DNA of 64,000 nucleotides, from positions 116,314,001 to 116,378,000 of the forward strand of contig NC_045697.1 in NCBI RefSeq assembly GCF_009834535.1, written 5' to 3'. Made by a program: the position numbers and the translations under genes. The first letter of the stretch is position 1, and each line of letters starts with the position of its first letter. Below, piece after piece: positions 36,259-49,794 of this stretch. The notes below the pieces were generated by a model. It was given only the letters and a program-made list of their open reading frames with translations. It was not told the DNA's origin and did no database searches. The stretch is from Camelus ferus. Taxonomy: Eukaryota.

Positions 36259-37379
36259 TAACTGAATTTCTTAAAACAATCCAGTCCGGCCTCAGACAGT
36301 AAAGGTTATCAAAGGAAAACCCTCCTTCTGGCCCAGCCCTGGGCAGTACGAGCTCGGCCTGTGAAGTCGCACAGGTGTGGGCTTGACTCCTGACGCCGTG
36401 ACCCTGGCTGTGAGCTCACCTCCCCGCCCGCTGCCCCTCCACCACGTGGCAGCGTTCCGAGAGCCCGCTTCCTAAGACCACCTGGGTTCCGATCCGAGAC
36501 CTGCCACCCACCAGCTGTGAACGGGCACAGTTCCTTAACCTGTGCACCTCCGCTTCTCACCATGACTCTCAGCCTGGACCTTGCTGGGCTGCTGTAAATA
36601 AGCCTCTGTGAAGTGCTGGGCACAGAGCCCCACACGCGGCAACACTGTGTGTTTAACGGCGTTAGTTATGTCGTGAGGACTCACTCTGGGGACACGAGGA
36701 ATGCACTCCGCACCGTGCCCGGCACAGGCCTGACACCCCACTTCAGCGATCAGTGCTGTGGTTGCTGTACTTCTGCCACTCAGGGCCGGTTACACAGAGT
36801 GAAGCCTCAGCTTCCTACACTGTGTCCTCATCCACTCAGGCCGTAAAGAGAAAGATCAGAACGTTGACTGAGTATCAGACGTGGCCACCAGCGAGAAGGG
36901 GACAAACCCCAAAGCAAGGCAGCTGGTTTGAACAGTCTAGAAGCCTTGCTGCTTCTCCTTGGGTGATGCCCGGCTTCTGTGCACGGCTGTCCATCTGTCT
37001 GTCTGTCTTGAGTGTGTACAGCTGTGCATCCAGGATCCACGTCAACCCCAACGTGGCCTTCCAAGAAGGGGGTCCTTCCGTTTTCTTCAATGGAATTTCA
37101 CAGATGACTGTAAATCACCGCTCTTGGTGGTAGCCCTGTCCTCTTAACCCCTGTGGGGCTGGCCATGAGCCCCTTGGAGACCTCCCCAACCTGAGGCTCA
37201 CGCACAAGTAGCTCTCATTGGGCTCCTGAAGTGAGGGCCGTTGCTGGTCACCGGTACATTTTCTTGGCTCCGGCCTTTTGACAGTAATTATTTTCAAAGA
37301 TGTAACAATCTTCAGATAACAATCTTCAGCAAGTCTTCCTCCCCTCTGCCCACCGCACCCCAAGGGATATGTTGTTGGT

Positions 37380-37595
37380 TTTTTTTTTAATTCTTATTTT
37401 TTATTGAAAGGTAGTCGATTTACAATGTTAGTTTCAGGTGTGCAGCAAAGCGATCCAGTTATATATATACATACATATATATGTATATATACATATATGT
37501 TTCCAGATTCTTTTCCATTACAGCTCATTACAAGAAGTTGAATGTAGTTCCCTGTGTTACACAGTATGTCCTTGTTGTTTGTCTATTTTATATAT
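37380..37595 (-). mobile_element. L1 3' end
   Basis: tttattgaaaggtagtcgatttacaatgttag...tagttccctgtg...ccttgttgtttgtctattttatata. Confidence 0.85.
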
Positions 37596-37707
37596 GGCAA
37601 TGTTTAAACAAGTCTTGAAGGATTCCTTGGACTTAGAACTTTATCATGAGAGCAAAAAGATTCATTGAGAGTGACTATACGTACTGGTGAAAAACCACAA
37701 ATGAGGA

Positions 37708-37822
37708 GGGGAGGGTACAGCTCAGTAGCTCCGTGGTACAGCATGTGCTTAGCAAGCATGATGTCCTGGGTTCAATCCCCAGTACCTCCATTAAAGTTAA
37801 AAAGGCTAAAAAATGGGAAAAA
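37708..37822 (+). mobile_element. vic-1-type SINE
   Basis: ggggagggtacagctcag...tcctgggttcaatccccagtacctcca. TSD aaccacaaatga / aaccacatatga. Confidence 0.9.
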
Positions 37823-39405
37823 AGAACCACATATGATTTACCCACCAGAAAAGCCTAGGTTTTGTCATCAGGGCTGCTCACCTGCCTCCCAACCCTCCTA
37901 GCCTGGGCCTGGTCCCCACTATATCCAGGGCAGGTGAATGTCAGCTTCTGGCCTCAGACCTGGATTCCTTATCAACTCAGGGCTTCAGGTAGCCTCTTCC
38001 AATCAATGAGACTCCGCACAAAGTGACATTTGAGCTGATACACACACACCCTCCACGCCTAGAAATAAGCCCCTAATTACAAATCACGTGTGACATGAAT
38101 TCGCGCCCTCCTCTCTAGGGAGCTGGTCGAGTCCTTCGTGGGATGTAGTGCAGGGCAGTGTCTCAATCCATGTTCTGTTCTCTCTCTGGTTCCTTGTCCT
38201 TGGTGCACTGCCATCCCCTCCCAACGCTGTTCACATCCAGAATGGTCCCAACAAGGTGACGCTTTGTTTCCATCTAACTTTAGTGACGCCTCAGTGTCTC
38301 CCATTACAATAGCTCAGAATTTTGATTTTTAAGCACAAACCTTCATCTAGCGGATTGTTACAGCCAGAGCAGCTGCTCTTCCTAATTTACTGCTCCAGGT
38401 TCATCTAAGACCCGCAGCCCAGGGGGCACCACCAGGAACTCTTGGTAAAATGCCCCAGGGCAGCCGCTTCCTGCCTGGGAATGGTCCTTCCTCGCTGGGG
38501 CACCCGGAGGGGTTCCACAGATCATCTGGATTTGGGTAGAAAGATAATAACTTCCAGGCTGAGGGACACCTGAAAAATTTCCCCACATTGCAGAAGTCAG
38601 TAAAAACCACGATATCGGGTTTCCCTTCTGGGTCTTTTTGGGTTTAGTTATTTCCTAGTCACTCCTGTGCGGGTCCACAATGTATGAATAATGCACGTGT
38701 AATAAACCAGGAAAGATCGGTGCTTTTGTTGTTGTCTCAGATTTAAGAGCAGTACATCCTTTTTTTAAAATGGATTTGGTCTCTGCAAAGCTGTATGTGT
38801 TGTTTCTGCAAGGAGCATTTCTCTAAGCGCCTGGTGGCTGGGCTTGTCTCCGCTCCCCTGGCCTCCTGACGCTCTGCATCCGACCTCACGGCCCAGTGAT
38901 TTCAGTCTCTTGGTTTTCCCACGGAATCAGTGTCGCACTGGACTTGATAGCTGACTCTTCTTAGGTGTGATCCCAAAGATAATATTAAATCAATGAATCA
39001 TGGCAGATACTGCAGCTGATACGTCGTAACCGACACACTGATACATTGCAGTCATACAGTAGAACACCTTGAACGGTCCAGTCCGTGTGTAATAAGGAGA
39101 ACCATGGAGACCCGTCAAGACATTTATATGTGATACAGTGTAAAATAAACAAAGGAAAATCTTCCAGGCTTTGAAACTTCTGCCTCATTTATAACTGCCA
39201 CAAATTCCCACATTATGACTGCAGACGGCTTGTCTGTGAGTTTTATGGACATGTGAACAGGCTCCTTGATGGATGTCAAATAAAGGTTGCATCCAAGGCT
39301 GGTTGCTTTATCAGACATTTTTCTCACTGTGAATTTATTTGGAGAAAGTAAACATAAAAAGAGCTCCCAGTGACTGAGTATTTACTCTCTGAGAAAGTTA
39401 CTATG

Positions 39406-40222
39406 ATTTTTTTTAATTGAAGTATAGTCAATTTACAATGTTGAGTTAATTTCTGGTGCACAGCATAGTGATTCATATATATATATATATTCCTTTTCAT
39501 ATTCTTTTTCATTACAGGTCATTGCAAGACATTGAATATAGTTTCCTTGCTATCAGTAGGACTTTGTTGTTTATCTATTTTATATACAGTAGTGTATATC
39601 TGCAAATCCCAGACTCCCAATTTATCCCTCCCCTCACCCATTCTCCCTTGGTAACTATATGTTTGTTCTCTACATCCATGAGTTTCTTTCTGCTTTGTAA
39701 GTTCGCTTGTTTTATTGTTTTTAGATTCCACATATAAGTGATCTCATATGGTATTTTTCTTTCTCTTTCTGGCTGACTTAGTATGAAAATCTCCAGGTCC
39801 ATCCATGTTGCTGCAAATGGCACTATTTCATTCTTTTTTTTATGGCTGAGTAGTGTTCCATCATGTATATACATCATGGCTTCTTTATCCCGTCATCTGT
39901 CAGTGGACATCTAGGCTGCATCCATGTCTTGGCTGTTGTAAATAGTGCTGCTATGGACATTGGGGTGCAGGTGTCTTTTCGAATTAGAGTTTCCTCCAGA
40001 TATATGTCCAGGAGAGGAGTTTCTGGGACATAGGGTAAGTTTATTTTCAGTTTTTTGAGGAATCTCCATACTGTTCTCCACAGTGGCTACACCAAACTAC
40101 ATTCCCACCAGCAGTGTAGGAGGGTTGCCTTTTCTCCACACCGTCCTCAGCATTTTTCATTGTGGACTTTTCAGTGATGGCCATTCTGACTGGGGTGAGG
40201 TGATACTTCATTGTAGTTTTGA
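39406..40222 (-). mobile_element. L1 3' end (~820 bp)
   Basis: ORFs 39575-39877 and 40047-40232 (-) give L1 ORF2 motifs (PFAATWMDLE, TTMKYHLTPVRMAI). Confidence 0.9.
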
Positions 40223-42744
40223 TTACTTTCATTTTCCAGAAGAGGAAACTGAGGTATCGACACCCGAAGCTACACAGTTGGTCAGTGAGGGAGCCAGGAT
40301 GTCTGCCCAGGCTGTGAATTCAGGGACTTAGAGGAAGTCCAGCGTGAATGAGAGGAAATGATAGAAAATGAAGTCAGAACGCTGGGTTGGAGCCCCCACG
40401 GGAACACTCAACGTGTGTGGTTGCTTTTCTGTAAGGCAGGGTCTGGCTGGGTCAAGCCCAGTTGCCTTCTCCTAAGGCAGGCATCCTTTCTTCACTGTGC
40501 TCTCAAGCTTCTCCTGATGTTCTCTGTATCTGTACACAATATACTTCCTTTATAATAGTGAAGTGAATTAACCTGAGTAGACATAATACCCACATACTTG
40601 ATAAGAAAGAGCTTAGTAATAGTTATCTTTGGATTTCTATGTAATACCCGTTCTATAGTGTTTCAAAACATATCATCAAATACAATCTTTGGCATTTGGA
40701 GGAAAAAAAAAAAACAGCAGAAGACAGTGAGGTCCCCCCTCCAAACCGCACCGTCTTTCCAGCCCCACATCGTGCATCCTTCCAAACTCCACCTTCACAC
40801 AACGTGTCTTGGAAAGTTTTCAGATTCACCTGGAAAAGAGAAGTATTGCCAGTGTGGAGCTGGGCAGTAGGTAGACCATCAATCACACATTTCAGAATTT
40901 CTGGATGTTTTTCATCCCCAATTTCTCATTCACCTTTGGGTTCATGTGGGCGAATCACAGTCTTGTTAAAATTCCAAAGATCTCACACTGCTAATCTCCA
41001 GGTGGTATTATCAATGCAGAATACTTTTAAAAGATAATAAAGCTTCCTTTTCTAACCAAGTTATAAAAGCAAGCTAGAAAATAGCTTTTCTAAAATTAGG
41101 CGTGCCTTCGGGTATCTGCTGTTTCTTTCCAGATGGGTGTGTGTTTAGCTCCCACTTTTTATTTCTTAGAGTTATTGGCATCTCAACGGTTTGCGGTTTC
41201 CTACAAAAATAAAGACATTAGCACCTTTCATCCTCAAGTGCTATATAAAGTTGCAGCTCTTCTGATTCCCCAGGAAGCTTCTAGGGGTGGAGGTCCACAT
41301 GCTGACCCTCTGTACGGGAGGAGAAACCTTGGCTACGGAGGCCAAAGACCCCTCCTTTTTCCCAGGAACCGTATACACAGGTGTCATATTTCCCCCATTT
41401 TATGGCTTGGCTTTGTAGCATTCCTCAAATAAATCGAAGGAACTTTCTTGTGTCTGAACTCCAAGAGAATAAATTTTCAGTTTGATACTTCCTTTCTCAA
41501 ACAGACCATGAGAACAGCAAGTGAGACGTGTATCGCTGACGTGCACTGTCTGTGCTGTGTTCAAAGCGGTTCCGTGAAGAACAGCAGGTTTGGGAGAGGA
41601 AGCGTCTGTCGGTAGCTGGGGACCCTGCCCCCACCCCGGCATTTCCTGGGCATCCCAGCCCCAACGACCTGGCTCCCCAGCCAAACGCCAGCTTCCTCCT
41701 TCTGGTTGTGACTTTGTAGATGATTATTGGTGAACTGGAAAAAAAAAAGAAAAAAGACATCCTAACCTTCACATCTTTTGTTAGGATGTGGAAATGTAAG
41801 AACAAAAGAAAGAACAGGAACTCAATGTAATTTAGAACCCAGTGGGTGATTTTAGCCCTTAATTAAGGAAGGCTAAAAATACACCATGGTGGTTACTAGC
41901 TTTTGGAGAGCTTGACATGCATCTTGAATACGCATCTCAGTGTAAACATCACATCATTTTTTTTTAAATTATACTTCCTAAAGTTAGTATTAAGCATGTG
42001 TCATAGGTCTTCAACAAATATTATTTGATAATAGGGAGACAAAAATCTAAAAAAAAAGATTGTATAAATTAGGATGGGTTTAGTAAGCCTGATGTTTGGC
42101 TCTGCAGCTGGGCTTCTTTAAATATATTGTCAAGACTTGTGTGTGATCTAATATCTCAAGCACAGGTGGCTAAAATGCCAGGACATATGTTTTCTAAATC
42201 TGGCATTTATCCTAGGTTTTTCAGATCTTTGCAAGAAATTCTAATACTATAAATTTAGGATTATAACTTTCCCTCCTATTCATTTACTACACTTCCAGAC
42301 TGCTTCAGCTGTGTTGACCAAGATGCACTGAACGCATAGCAATCTAGAGATACCTATCCTCTTCCCAGGACTGCATCTAGGCTTCAAGAAATCTTAATTG
42401 AGAGAACTGAAAACAATCCATTCAGTAGAGGGCCCCCTGGTGTGTGGTCCCATTCTGTCTCTGGGCACAAAGAAAATGGCACTGAAACTCCATGCTTTGG
42501 AAGCCATGTGAGCTCCTGCAGTTGAGGAAGAATTCATAGGATAGTGTCTTTGCAATGTTGAAGTTTTTAGTGCGACTGTTGTCTGCAATTGGACTGCACG
42601 GTCCCAGCCACATTCCAAATGGCTTTAAGCAGCTTGAGGTCTGAGATCTGTCTCAGATTTGACTTTGGACTGACAGCATCTACAGTTCTCCTCCTTGTGC
42701 TTCACATGTTGTGGATGATATGGTCATCAAGAAATGATGGGGTA

Positions 42745-42862
42745 GGGGAGGGTATAGCTCAAGCAGTAGAGCACATGCTTAGCATGCACAAGGTCCTGGG
42801 TTCAATTCCCAGTACTGCCTCCATAATAAATAAATGAATAAACCTAATCACCCCCCCTCAAA
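42745..42862 (+). mobile_element. vic-1-type SINE
   Basis: ggggagggtatagctcaagcagtagagcacatgcttagcatgcacaaggtcctgggttcaattccc. TSD aagaaatgatggg / aggaaatgatggg. Confidence 0.9.
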
Positions 42863-42875
42863 AGGAAATGATGGG

Positions 42876-43022
42876 ATATGTCTTTCTCTATCTGATTTAC
42901 TTTACTTTGTATGATAATCTCTAGGTCCATCCATATTGCTGCAGATGGCATTATTTCATTCTCTTTTATTCTTTATTCCACTGTAAACTTCAATAAAAAT
43001 AAAAATAAATTAAAAAAAAAAA
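42876..43022 (+). mobile_element. 5'-inverted (twin-primed) L1 mini-insertion
   Basis: Antisense L1 piece 42876-42984, then sense L1 terminus acttcaataaaa and A tail, flanked by gaaatgatgg on both sides. Confidence 0.75.
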
Positions 43023-43118
43023 AAGAAATGATGGATGATGGAGACTGAAATCCCTTCCCTTCTCATGCAGAATCTTCATTAAGAGATTAAGTTGCAGAAG
43101 GGCAGAAAAAAAATGAGC

Positions 43119-43380
43119 TTTCTTTAATGGTTAATTTATAGTGTTGTGTTAGTTACAGGTGTACAGCAAAGTGATTCAGTTATACATACGTATAGATACA
43201 TACATATCTATTCTTTTTCAGATTCTTTTTCATTATAGTTTCTCACAAGCTATTGAATATAGTTCCCTGTGCTACACATTCGGTCCTTGTTGTTTACCTG
43301 CTTTACGTACAGTAGTGTGTATCTGCTAATCCCAAACTCCTAATTTATCCTTCCCCGACCCCCCCCCCCACTTTAGGGGG
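43119..43380 (-). mobile_element. L1 3' end
   Basis: gtgttgtgttagttacaggtgtacagcaaagtgattcag...ctaatcccaaactcctaatttatcc. TSD tgagcttt. Confidence 0.85.
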
Positions 43381-44163
43381 AAGTGAGCTTTAAGTCTGCA
43401 GTGGCTTGAGAATTACTCTCCTCCTAGCTTATTTGATAGTTGTTTGAGAGCTACTTAGCATTTATTTTTAACTGCAACTTAGTTATAATGTTCTGTTCAC
43501 AAAGCCTGAGCTGCCACCCTCAGTGTAATTCTGTGTTGCAGAGCTAATTGGACAATTAACTTGGGAGGAGCATGCTTCCTAACCTTTGAATTAAAACAAT
43601 GCCAACACATTAGACAACTCCAAGGGTGAGAAAGGTCGCCAACCAGGCACTTGATTATGTTCGGAAACCGCACTGAGCGCAAACAGACACTCGGGAAGCT
43701 CCTGTGTAGCTTTGCTGTAGCTTGGATAGTCGAATTCACTCATATTTCAGAGGCTGGTAGGAGCTATCCACCAACTCTGGATAAAGGGCTGGTAGCAGAA
43801 TGACTGGTTTCTCATCACAAATCCTAACAATCCCCAACACAATAAGTTCCAGTCTTGCTTTAAAATAAAATCCTAGTGTGTCCTTGAAGTATAGCATGAG
43901 TAAGGAAAACGTGAATCTTCCTGGAGAACTGCAGAAGGAATAATAGAAATGTGCCTTCTTTCTGGGAATAAGTGAGGTAGCTAGCATTCTTAATGCTTTT
44001 CAGGGCAAATCTGTGTTTGTGGCCTTTATGAAAAGTTGACTGTGACTTACCTGCAAGAGTAGCCAGTTGAAGAACTTTTATTTTCCCCCTTTTCTCTCTT
44101 TGCATGCTAATCTGCCTACTAGTCTTTAAAATGCCTCAGTTTTCCCATCTGTAAAATGGGAAA

Positions 44164-44775
44164 TGCATTAGTTTTCTATTGGGCATAACAAATGACCACA
44201 CAGGTGGCATCCCTAAAGCAACACCATCTATTTGCTCACAGTTCTGTAGGTCAGAAGTCCCGGGAAGGCACAGCTGGGTTCTCTGCTCAGAACTCATGCA
44301 AAGTCAAGGTGTGGGCTGTGGTTGTGACCTCCCCTGAGGCCTGGGGTCTCTGCTGAGTTCACGTGGTTGTGGCAGATTACAGTTCCTTATGGTTATAGGA
44401 CTGAGTCCTGTTTCTTTGCTGGCTGTCGGCCAGGGACCAGTCTCCACACCTAGAAGCTGCGCATATCCCTTACTACGTGGTCCTCTCCATCTTTAAAACC
44501 AGCAACAGAGACGCTCCCTCATGTCATATCCCTCTCATTCTTCAACTCCCCTTGGCCAAGAAGAGCCCAGGTCCTCTTAAGAGCTCACCTGCTTAAGTCA
44601 GGCCCACCGAGGATAATCTCCCTTTCTTAAAGTCAGCTGATTTGGGCTCTTAATTACATCCGCAAAGTCCCTTCACAATAGTACCTAGAATAGTATGTGG
44701 TCGAATATCTGGGAGAAGGTGTGCATATCAAGGAGTGAGAATCTGGGGGTGTCTTTAGAGTTTTGTGAACCATAC
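44164..44775 (-). mobile_element. MLT1E-like MaLR LTR inserted into a MIR (MIR ~44130-44870)
   Basis: tgcattagttttctattg...ctcacagttctgtaggtcagaagtcc...aggcccaccgaggataatctccc...taattacatccgcaaagtccc. TSD ggaaa/ggata; MIR core gcctcagttttcccatctgtaaaatggg|gataataatacct is split. Confidence 0.85.
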
Positions 44776-46491
44776 GGATAATAATACCTTAGAGTATTGT
44801 TAAATGGATTAAGTGTGTGTAAACCACTCTGCATAGTATCTGGTGTAATAAGTCTCAAGAAATAGGAATGAGCATTATTAATGTCTCCATGCACTGTATT
44901 TTCTTGCCTATGTGGATTTTCAAATTATAGTATGATCAGCACATTAGGAGCATGATGGAATATGTTTCTCATTATTTGGATACTCCACAGAAAACAGAGA
45001 TACTGGGCCATAGTCAACACACGAAACTCAATGTTTAGTCTATTTGCTGAAAGTTGAGGTACTAATTCAATTTACTTAAAAGCAGGGCAGTTTAAAAAAA
45101 AAAGAGAGAGACTAGGATATAATTCATGTTGATATTCAAGCCCACATACAACGTGGCATAAAATGAAGTGTGGGTCTCTGCATGGTTCACTTTTCGCTTT
45201 TTAGTAAGAAAAATGCATCACAGAGTCCGTGCCTTAAACACTGGCATTTTTTTCAGAGAGAATGGTTTTTGTTTCTACCCGTGCTCTGAATATAAAATGA
45301 ATATTCAAATGCTCGAATCCACACAAAGGCCTTGGAGCCCCCTGTCCCCCTTGAATAGTTCCAGCCTAGAATAGGCAACATTATGCACTTTGGAGATGAA
45401 GTGCCAACTGATGAGAATGCTTCTCACTGGCTGTGGGAAGAAAGGCCCCTAAGGGGTTAACAGTCATATTTTGCAAGTTGAGGCAAGGGAATAAAAAAAA
45501 AATACATTAGCATAAGAAAAGATAGCCTTAGGGGATATTTCCACTCAGATGTTTGGTACTAGGAGCTCTGCGTTACCAAGGAGGAGGCCGGTGAAGAGAA
45601 ACCCTAGTGTCTATGCATTCTTGGAATACACTGCCATTGTCCTGATGGGGTGAGAAAGACCTCATAGGTTTTGAGATGAAAACCGGTCTTTTCTGGAAAG
45701 GGAAGTCAAAATTGGATGCATTAAGAAAAACATCTTGAGTTAAGTATAGCAGCAGAACAACAGGATTCCTCAGTGGTGTATGCCAGGGCTAGACTAGAGG
45801 TGGTTTAAGATAAGTCAAGGCATTAAGCGATGATTTTCGTTGTTAACTAGAATGGGCCCCAGTGTCTGCAATTAACTCAAATTGAACAGTTTTTAACTCG
45901 TTTCAGAAATTGTGTCTGATTTACAGTATCTGAATGTAGTTAGCAGATGTTTTTATTAATACCCAGACTTATTTAAAGATTGATTAGTAAGCAATATTTT
46001 CCATTTCAAGTTATGATTATTGTCACTAGTTGAAAACATTCAAAATAACTGTAAAAGATTCTCACTGATATCCTTAAGATAGACTATAATAATCAGTTCA
46101 GCTGTACCTGTGCCTAATGAAGATGTCGAATTAATTTTTGAATCAGTCTTTTCTTTACTCTTATGAATAACTGACCAGTGAAAAAGTATTTTTTTGATTC
46201 TGAATATCATTAGATTTAATACCAAAGTGAGCATGACTGTTCCAAACAAATCATGGTGAATTTCATTAGTAAATTAAGACAGAGAAGGTCTAGTTAAATT
46301 CAGATACATTTTTTGTGATGCTGATTGCTATAGGAGACATGGGGTGGGGGGTGGCAAATGAATCTGTTGTATGTTTCTAAGAAAAGTCTTTCCAGATTAA
46401 GACAATGAAACTTTTGGTTATTAAAAATGGGAACAAAGATCAAAGAAGATTGTCCAAAAGCTGATAATAAGATTATTTAGAAGTCAGTTGA

Positions 46492-46622
46492 GGGGAGGGT
46501 GTAGCTCAGTGGTAGAGCACTGTGCTTCACATATATGAGGTCCTGGGTTCAATCCCTGGTACCTCTATTAAAAGATAAGTAAACCTAATTACCTCCACTG
46601 CCAAAAAAAAAATTTTTAAAAA
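46492..46622 (+). mobile_element. vic-1-type SINE
   Basis: ggggagggtgtagctcagtggtagagc...ggtcctgggttcaatccctggtacct. TSD agaagtcagttga / agaaattaattga. Confidence 0.9.
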
Positions 46623-47835
46623 GAAATTAATTGATAAGGTCGATTTTCAGGGAATCACATGTCAGAAGTTAATTGGGAAACAATGATTTTGCCATTATAC
46701 ACAGATTATCACTTTTCAAATTTTGTATGGAAGAGTGGGTCAACCTTGCCTTTAAATCTTGTCTATTTTGTTCCTTCCTTGGTTTGTTTACTTTATATAT
46801 GGAATTAAAGATGTAGAAGTGATCAAATTTTTAGGTCTTCATCACTAAGATGACATAAGTAAATAGATTTGTTTTCCCAACACAAATAGCTCAGAAGCAT
46901 TTGATCAGGAAAGTCACTGTAAACCAAAGCTGGAAGAAAAAGGACTGAAAACAGGAAAGATGAAAAACAGAGTACCAGGTGATTCCTCTCATGTGAACAT
47001 TATGATATGAGTTTGCTGCTTTGTGCGATGTTACAACTCCAGTGTCCCCCATTGATGTGAAAATGTAAAAATGCTTTCCAAAACTGAAGTGAACTACTTT
47101 TGATAATCCGTATCATGGTTTCCCAACCCTAGTATGGAAAGTTGAGAAAGGATTACCAAACAAAACCCTTTTCAGCATAAATTTGACACCCCATTCTCCA
47201 TGCTTGGGCATAAAATGTCCCTCCATTGACCAGTTCCTGGGAAAATGAGCTGGCACATAGTCTTTTATTCAGTTATGATAATTTCGATGCACATCAGAGG
47301 GTCTGGGGATCATCTCTTAATGCGAGAACTAGTTCTAAACTGCCCAATACTTTACCAATGTTCCAGACGACTGCTTTCTGAAAGGAGTGTTCAGATCCAT
47401 ACTCTGTCACAGGCTGGCTAGAATCAACTCCTTCCTCTGCTATTGACATCACGTTTCCTAATTCTAGTGAGGGTCCAGTAACATGAAAGTAACTTCAACT
47501 GTTGGCGTCTAAATGACCCACAGTATTTTGCATGCCTGCTCGTGTAGACACGGAATCATATGGAGCTTAGAGATGGTGATCGACACACTTCTTGCTACCC
47601 ACACCGTCCTTCTACAGAGAGGGCAGGTAAAGCTCAGAGGAGGGGATTTATGTTCCACCTTGTACCTTTATCTCTCAGTTCAAGAACCAAAAGACCATCT
47701 TCTTGTACCTGAATTTGGCATTTCCAGTTCAGTTTCTCCACATGACTTCCTCTTCCATCAGGAACCCAGACTCTTAGACAAGTTGGTGCCTAGTGACCTT
47801 GGAATCAGGGTACATTAATTTTCTTCCTTTTACAG

Positions 47836-47894
47836 CATGAAGAGCTGAGTCAAGCTGCTATCGAGAAAATAAGCCACAGATACCAGAACCCATG
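47836..47894 (+). CDS. SPMIP2: Next coding exon of SPMIP2/C4orf45 (59 nt), probably exon 3
   Basis: Acceptor ttttcttccttttacAG (47834-35), donor TG|GTAAGC (47895). Encodes HEELSQAAIEKISHRYQNP(W), in frame with the previous exon; recalled human sequence is YEELSQASLDSITHRYQNPW. Too short for the ORF track. Confidence 0.92.
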
Positions 47895-49054
47895 GTAAGC
47901 ACATCCTAATACATTTAAAATTAGCTAATGAATTAATGTGTTTCCTTCTTAAATTAGTAACAGGGTTCATTGAAAAAAAACTTTTTATGTCCTGTAGTTT
48001 TTTTTGCAAGATTATGAATTTTTATTCCCAATGAACAGTTATGAAATGTTCACTCTGTACTAGGTTTTACTGAAGGGGAGGAACGAGGCAGAGCAAACTT
48101 GGTTAGAGTGAGGACAGTGGAGGAAAAGGGAACCAGCTTGTTAAGACCGGCAACTGGACAATTTGGGTAGCTTTAACTATATAAATAATTCTTTTTGTGG
48201 GTGAACAAGAATATAATTTGGGGGGTAAAAAAAACCCCTCCCATTTCATGCTGTTAGAAACCACCATGATAGGCAATAAGTGTAATCCTGCTGCAGTCAC
48301 ACAGTGGCTTGGATTCACATTCTCTTAAGGCAGCTGGTAACCTAAATTAAACATGTCTAGCACAAGGGATGTTAAATTAGGGGTATTCTGATTTCTATAG
48401 AGGGAAGGAATTGATCAGCATTGCTCTTACAAGACTGTGGATTCAATAATGTCTTTGTCAACCTTAGATTTTTGGAGGTGAGGGTTTCTGGAGTCTGTTT
48501 TGCCTCATTTTTTTTTTTTTTATCATTGAAGATTCCTGCTATTAGCATGTGCAAAATTGATAGGTCTTAGTCTGTGTCTGCTGTACCACAGCAACATAAA
48601 CTACACCAAAAAGAGACAAGACCTTCAACCCCAAGTCAAAAGCCTAGATCATATGGTTCTGTAAGCATACGGTAAGCTTTGTAAGAAACTGCTGAACTGT
48701 CTTCCAAAGTGGCTATATCATATGTGCATTTCCACCAGCACCAAATGAGAATGCCTATAGCTCCAAAACCTTTATCAATGTTTTGGATTTTAGCCGTTCT
48801 AATGGTGTGTTGTGGTCTGGGTTATATTTTGCCTCCTAGTTATGTTGAAAATATCTTTGCTCTAAAATAATACCATCCTCCTAATTATTGTGCAGCTCAG
48901 CCATCAGTCTCAGATATGAGACTTCCGTATCTAATTTCTAGTTATAGACCTCATCCATACACATCATTACTTTGTTGGTCAAAACCTTGTCTGAACATCT
49001 GAGTGCTACTACATTATAATCCCCAGACAGCAAAATATCTCATCACACTCCTAT

Positions 49055-49520
49055 TTTACTGACCTGGCTACTTGGACGCTGTAATCAATAGAAACTGATA
49101 AGACACCAGATGAGAAATTCAGGCAAGACTTTACTGGGACTCATGCTGCAGCACAAGGGAGTGAAAACATCTTCCTCACTCCCCAAAGGGGGACAAGCTT
49201 GTCCCTTAAATGGGATGAGGTTAGGGGTGGGTCCAGGGGTGGGGCTGGAAGGGTGGCTCGGGTAGTCTGCCCACCCCCTTGGTGGTCTGTGCGCAGGGAT
49301 CACGCACAGGTCCCTTCCTTTGATCCCTGAACCTCAGAAGTGGCCATTGGATTTTGGCCTTTTTGTATCTTGTTGTTTATAATTTGCCTCAACTGCACAT
49401 GCACATAGTTTTATTTTTAGTCCCTTGCAGTTTCTTTGTGTTCTGTTGCTCTGGGAGGCGTTTGTCCAGGTGCAAGTATGGCAGCCCAGGGCCCCATGTC
49501 CCAGGTCTCAGCTTGTCTCA
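49055..49520 (-). mobile_element. ERV1-type solo LTR (~465 bp)
   Basis: - strand starts tgagacaagctgagacctggg and ends ...agtaaagtcttgcctgaatttctc...ttctattgatt...ggtcagtaaa. 4-bp TSD ctat (49051-54 / 49521-24). Confidence 0.75.
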
Positions 49521-49542
49521 CTATAATTTATAAAGCATATAT

Positions 49543-49674
49543 ATTTTTGTTGTGTGTGTGGGGTGGGGAAGTAATTAGGTTTATTTATTTATTTTTAAAT
49601 GGAGGTACTGGGGATCGAACCCAGGACCTCATGCATGCTAAGTACACACTATACTAGTGAGCTATACCCTCCCC
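49543..49674 (-). mobile_element. vic-1-type SINE
   Basis: aatggaggtactggggatcgaacccaggacctcatgcatgctaag...gagctataccctcccc. Confidence 0.9.
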
Positions 49675-49763
49675 ACTAGGAAACATATCTTATGTTTAAA
49701 GCCATGGAGAAATAGTTACAATTGTTGCATACACAGCATATGGTCTCATTTAAATATTACATT

Positions 49764-49794
<31 letters not shown>

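Noticed and set aside
41118..41432. Acceptor-like ctgtttctttccAG followed by a 99-aa ORF as an extra SPMIP2 exon
   Set aside because: The two real exons already join colinearly with the recalled protein (GFHIK|HEELSQ). No homology and no convincing donor.
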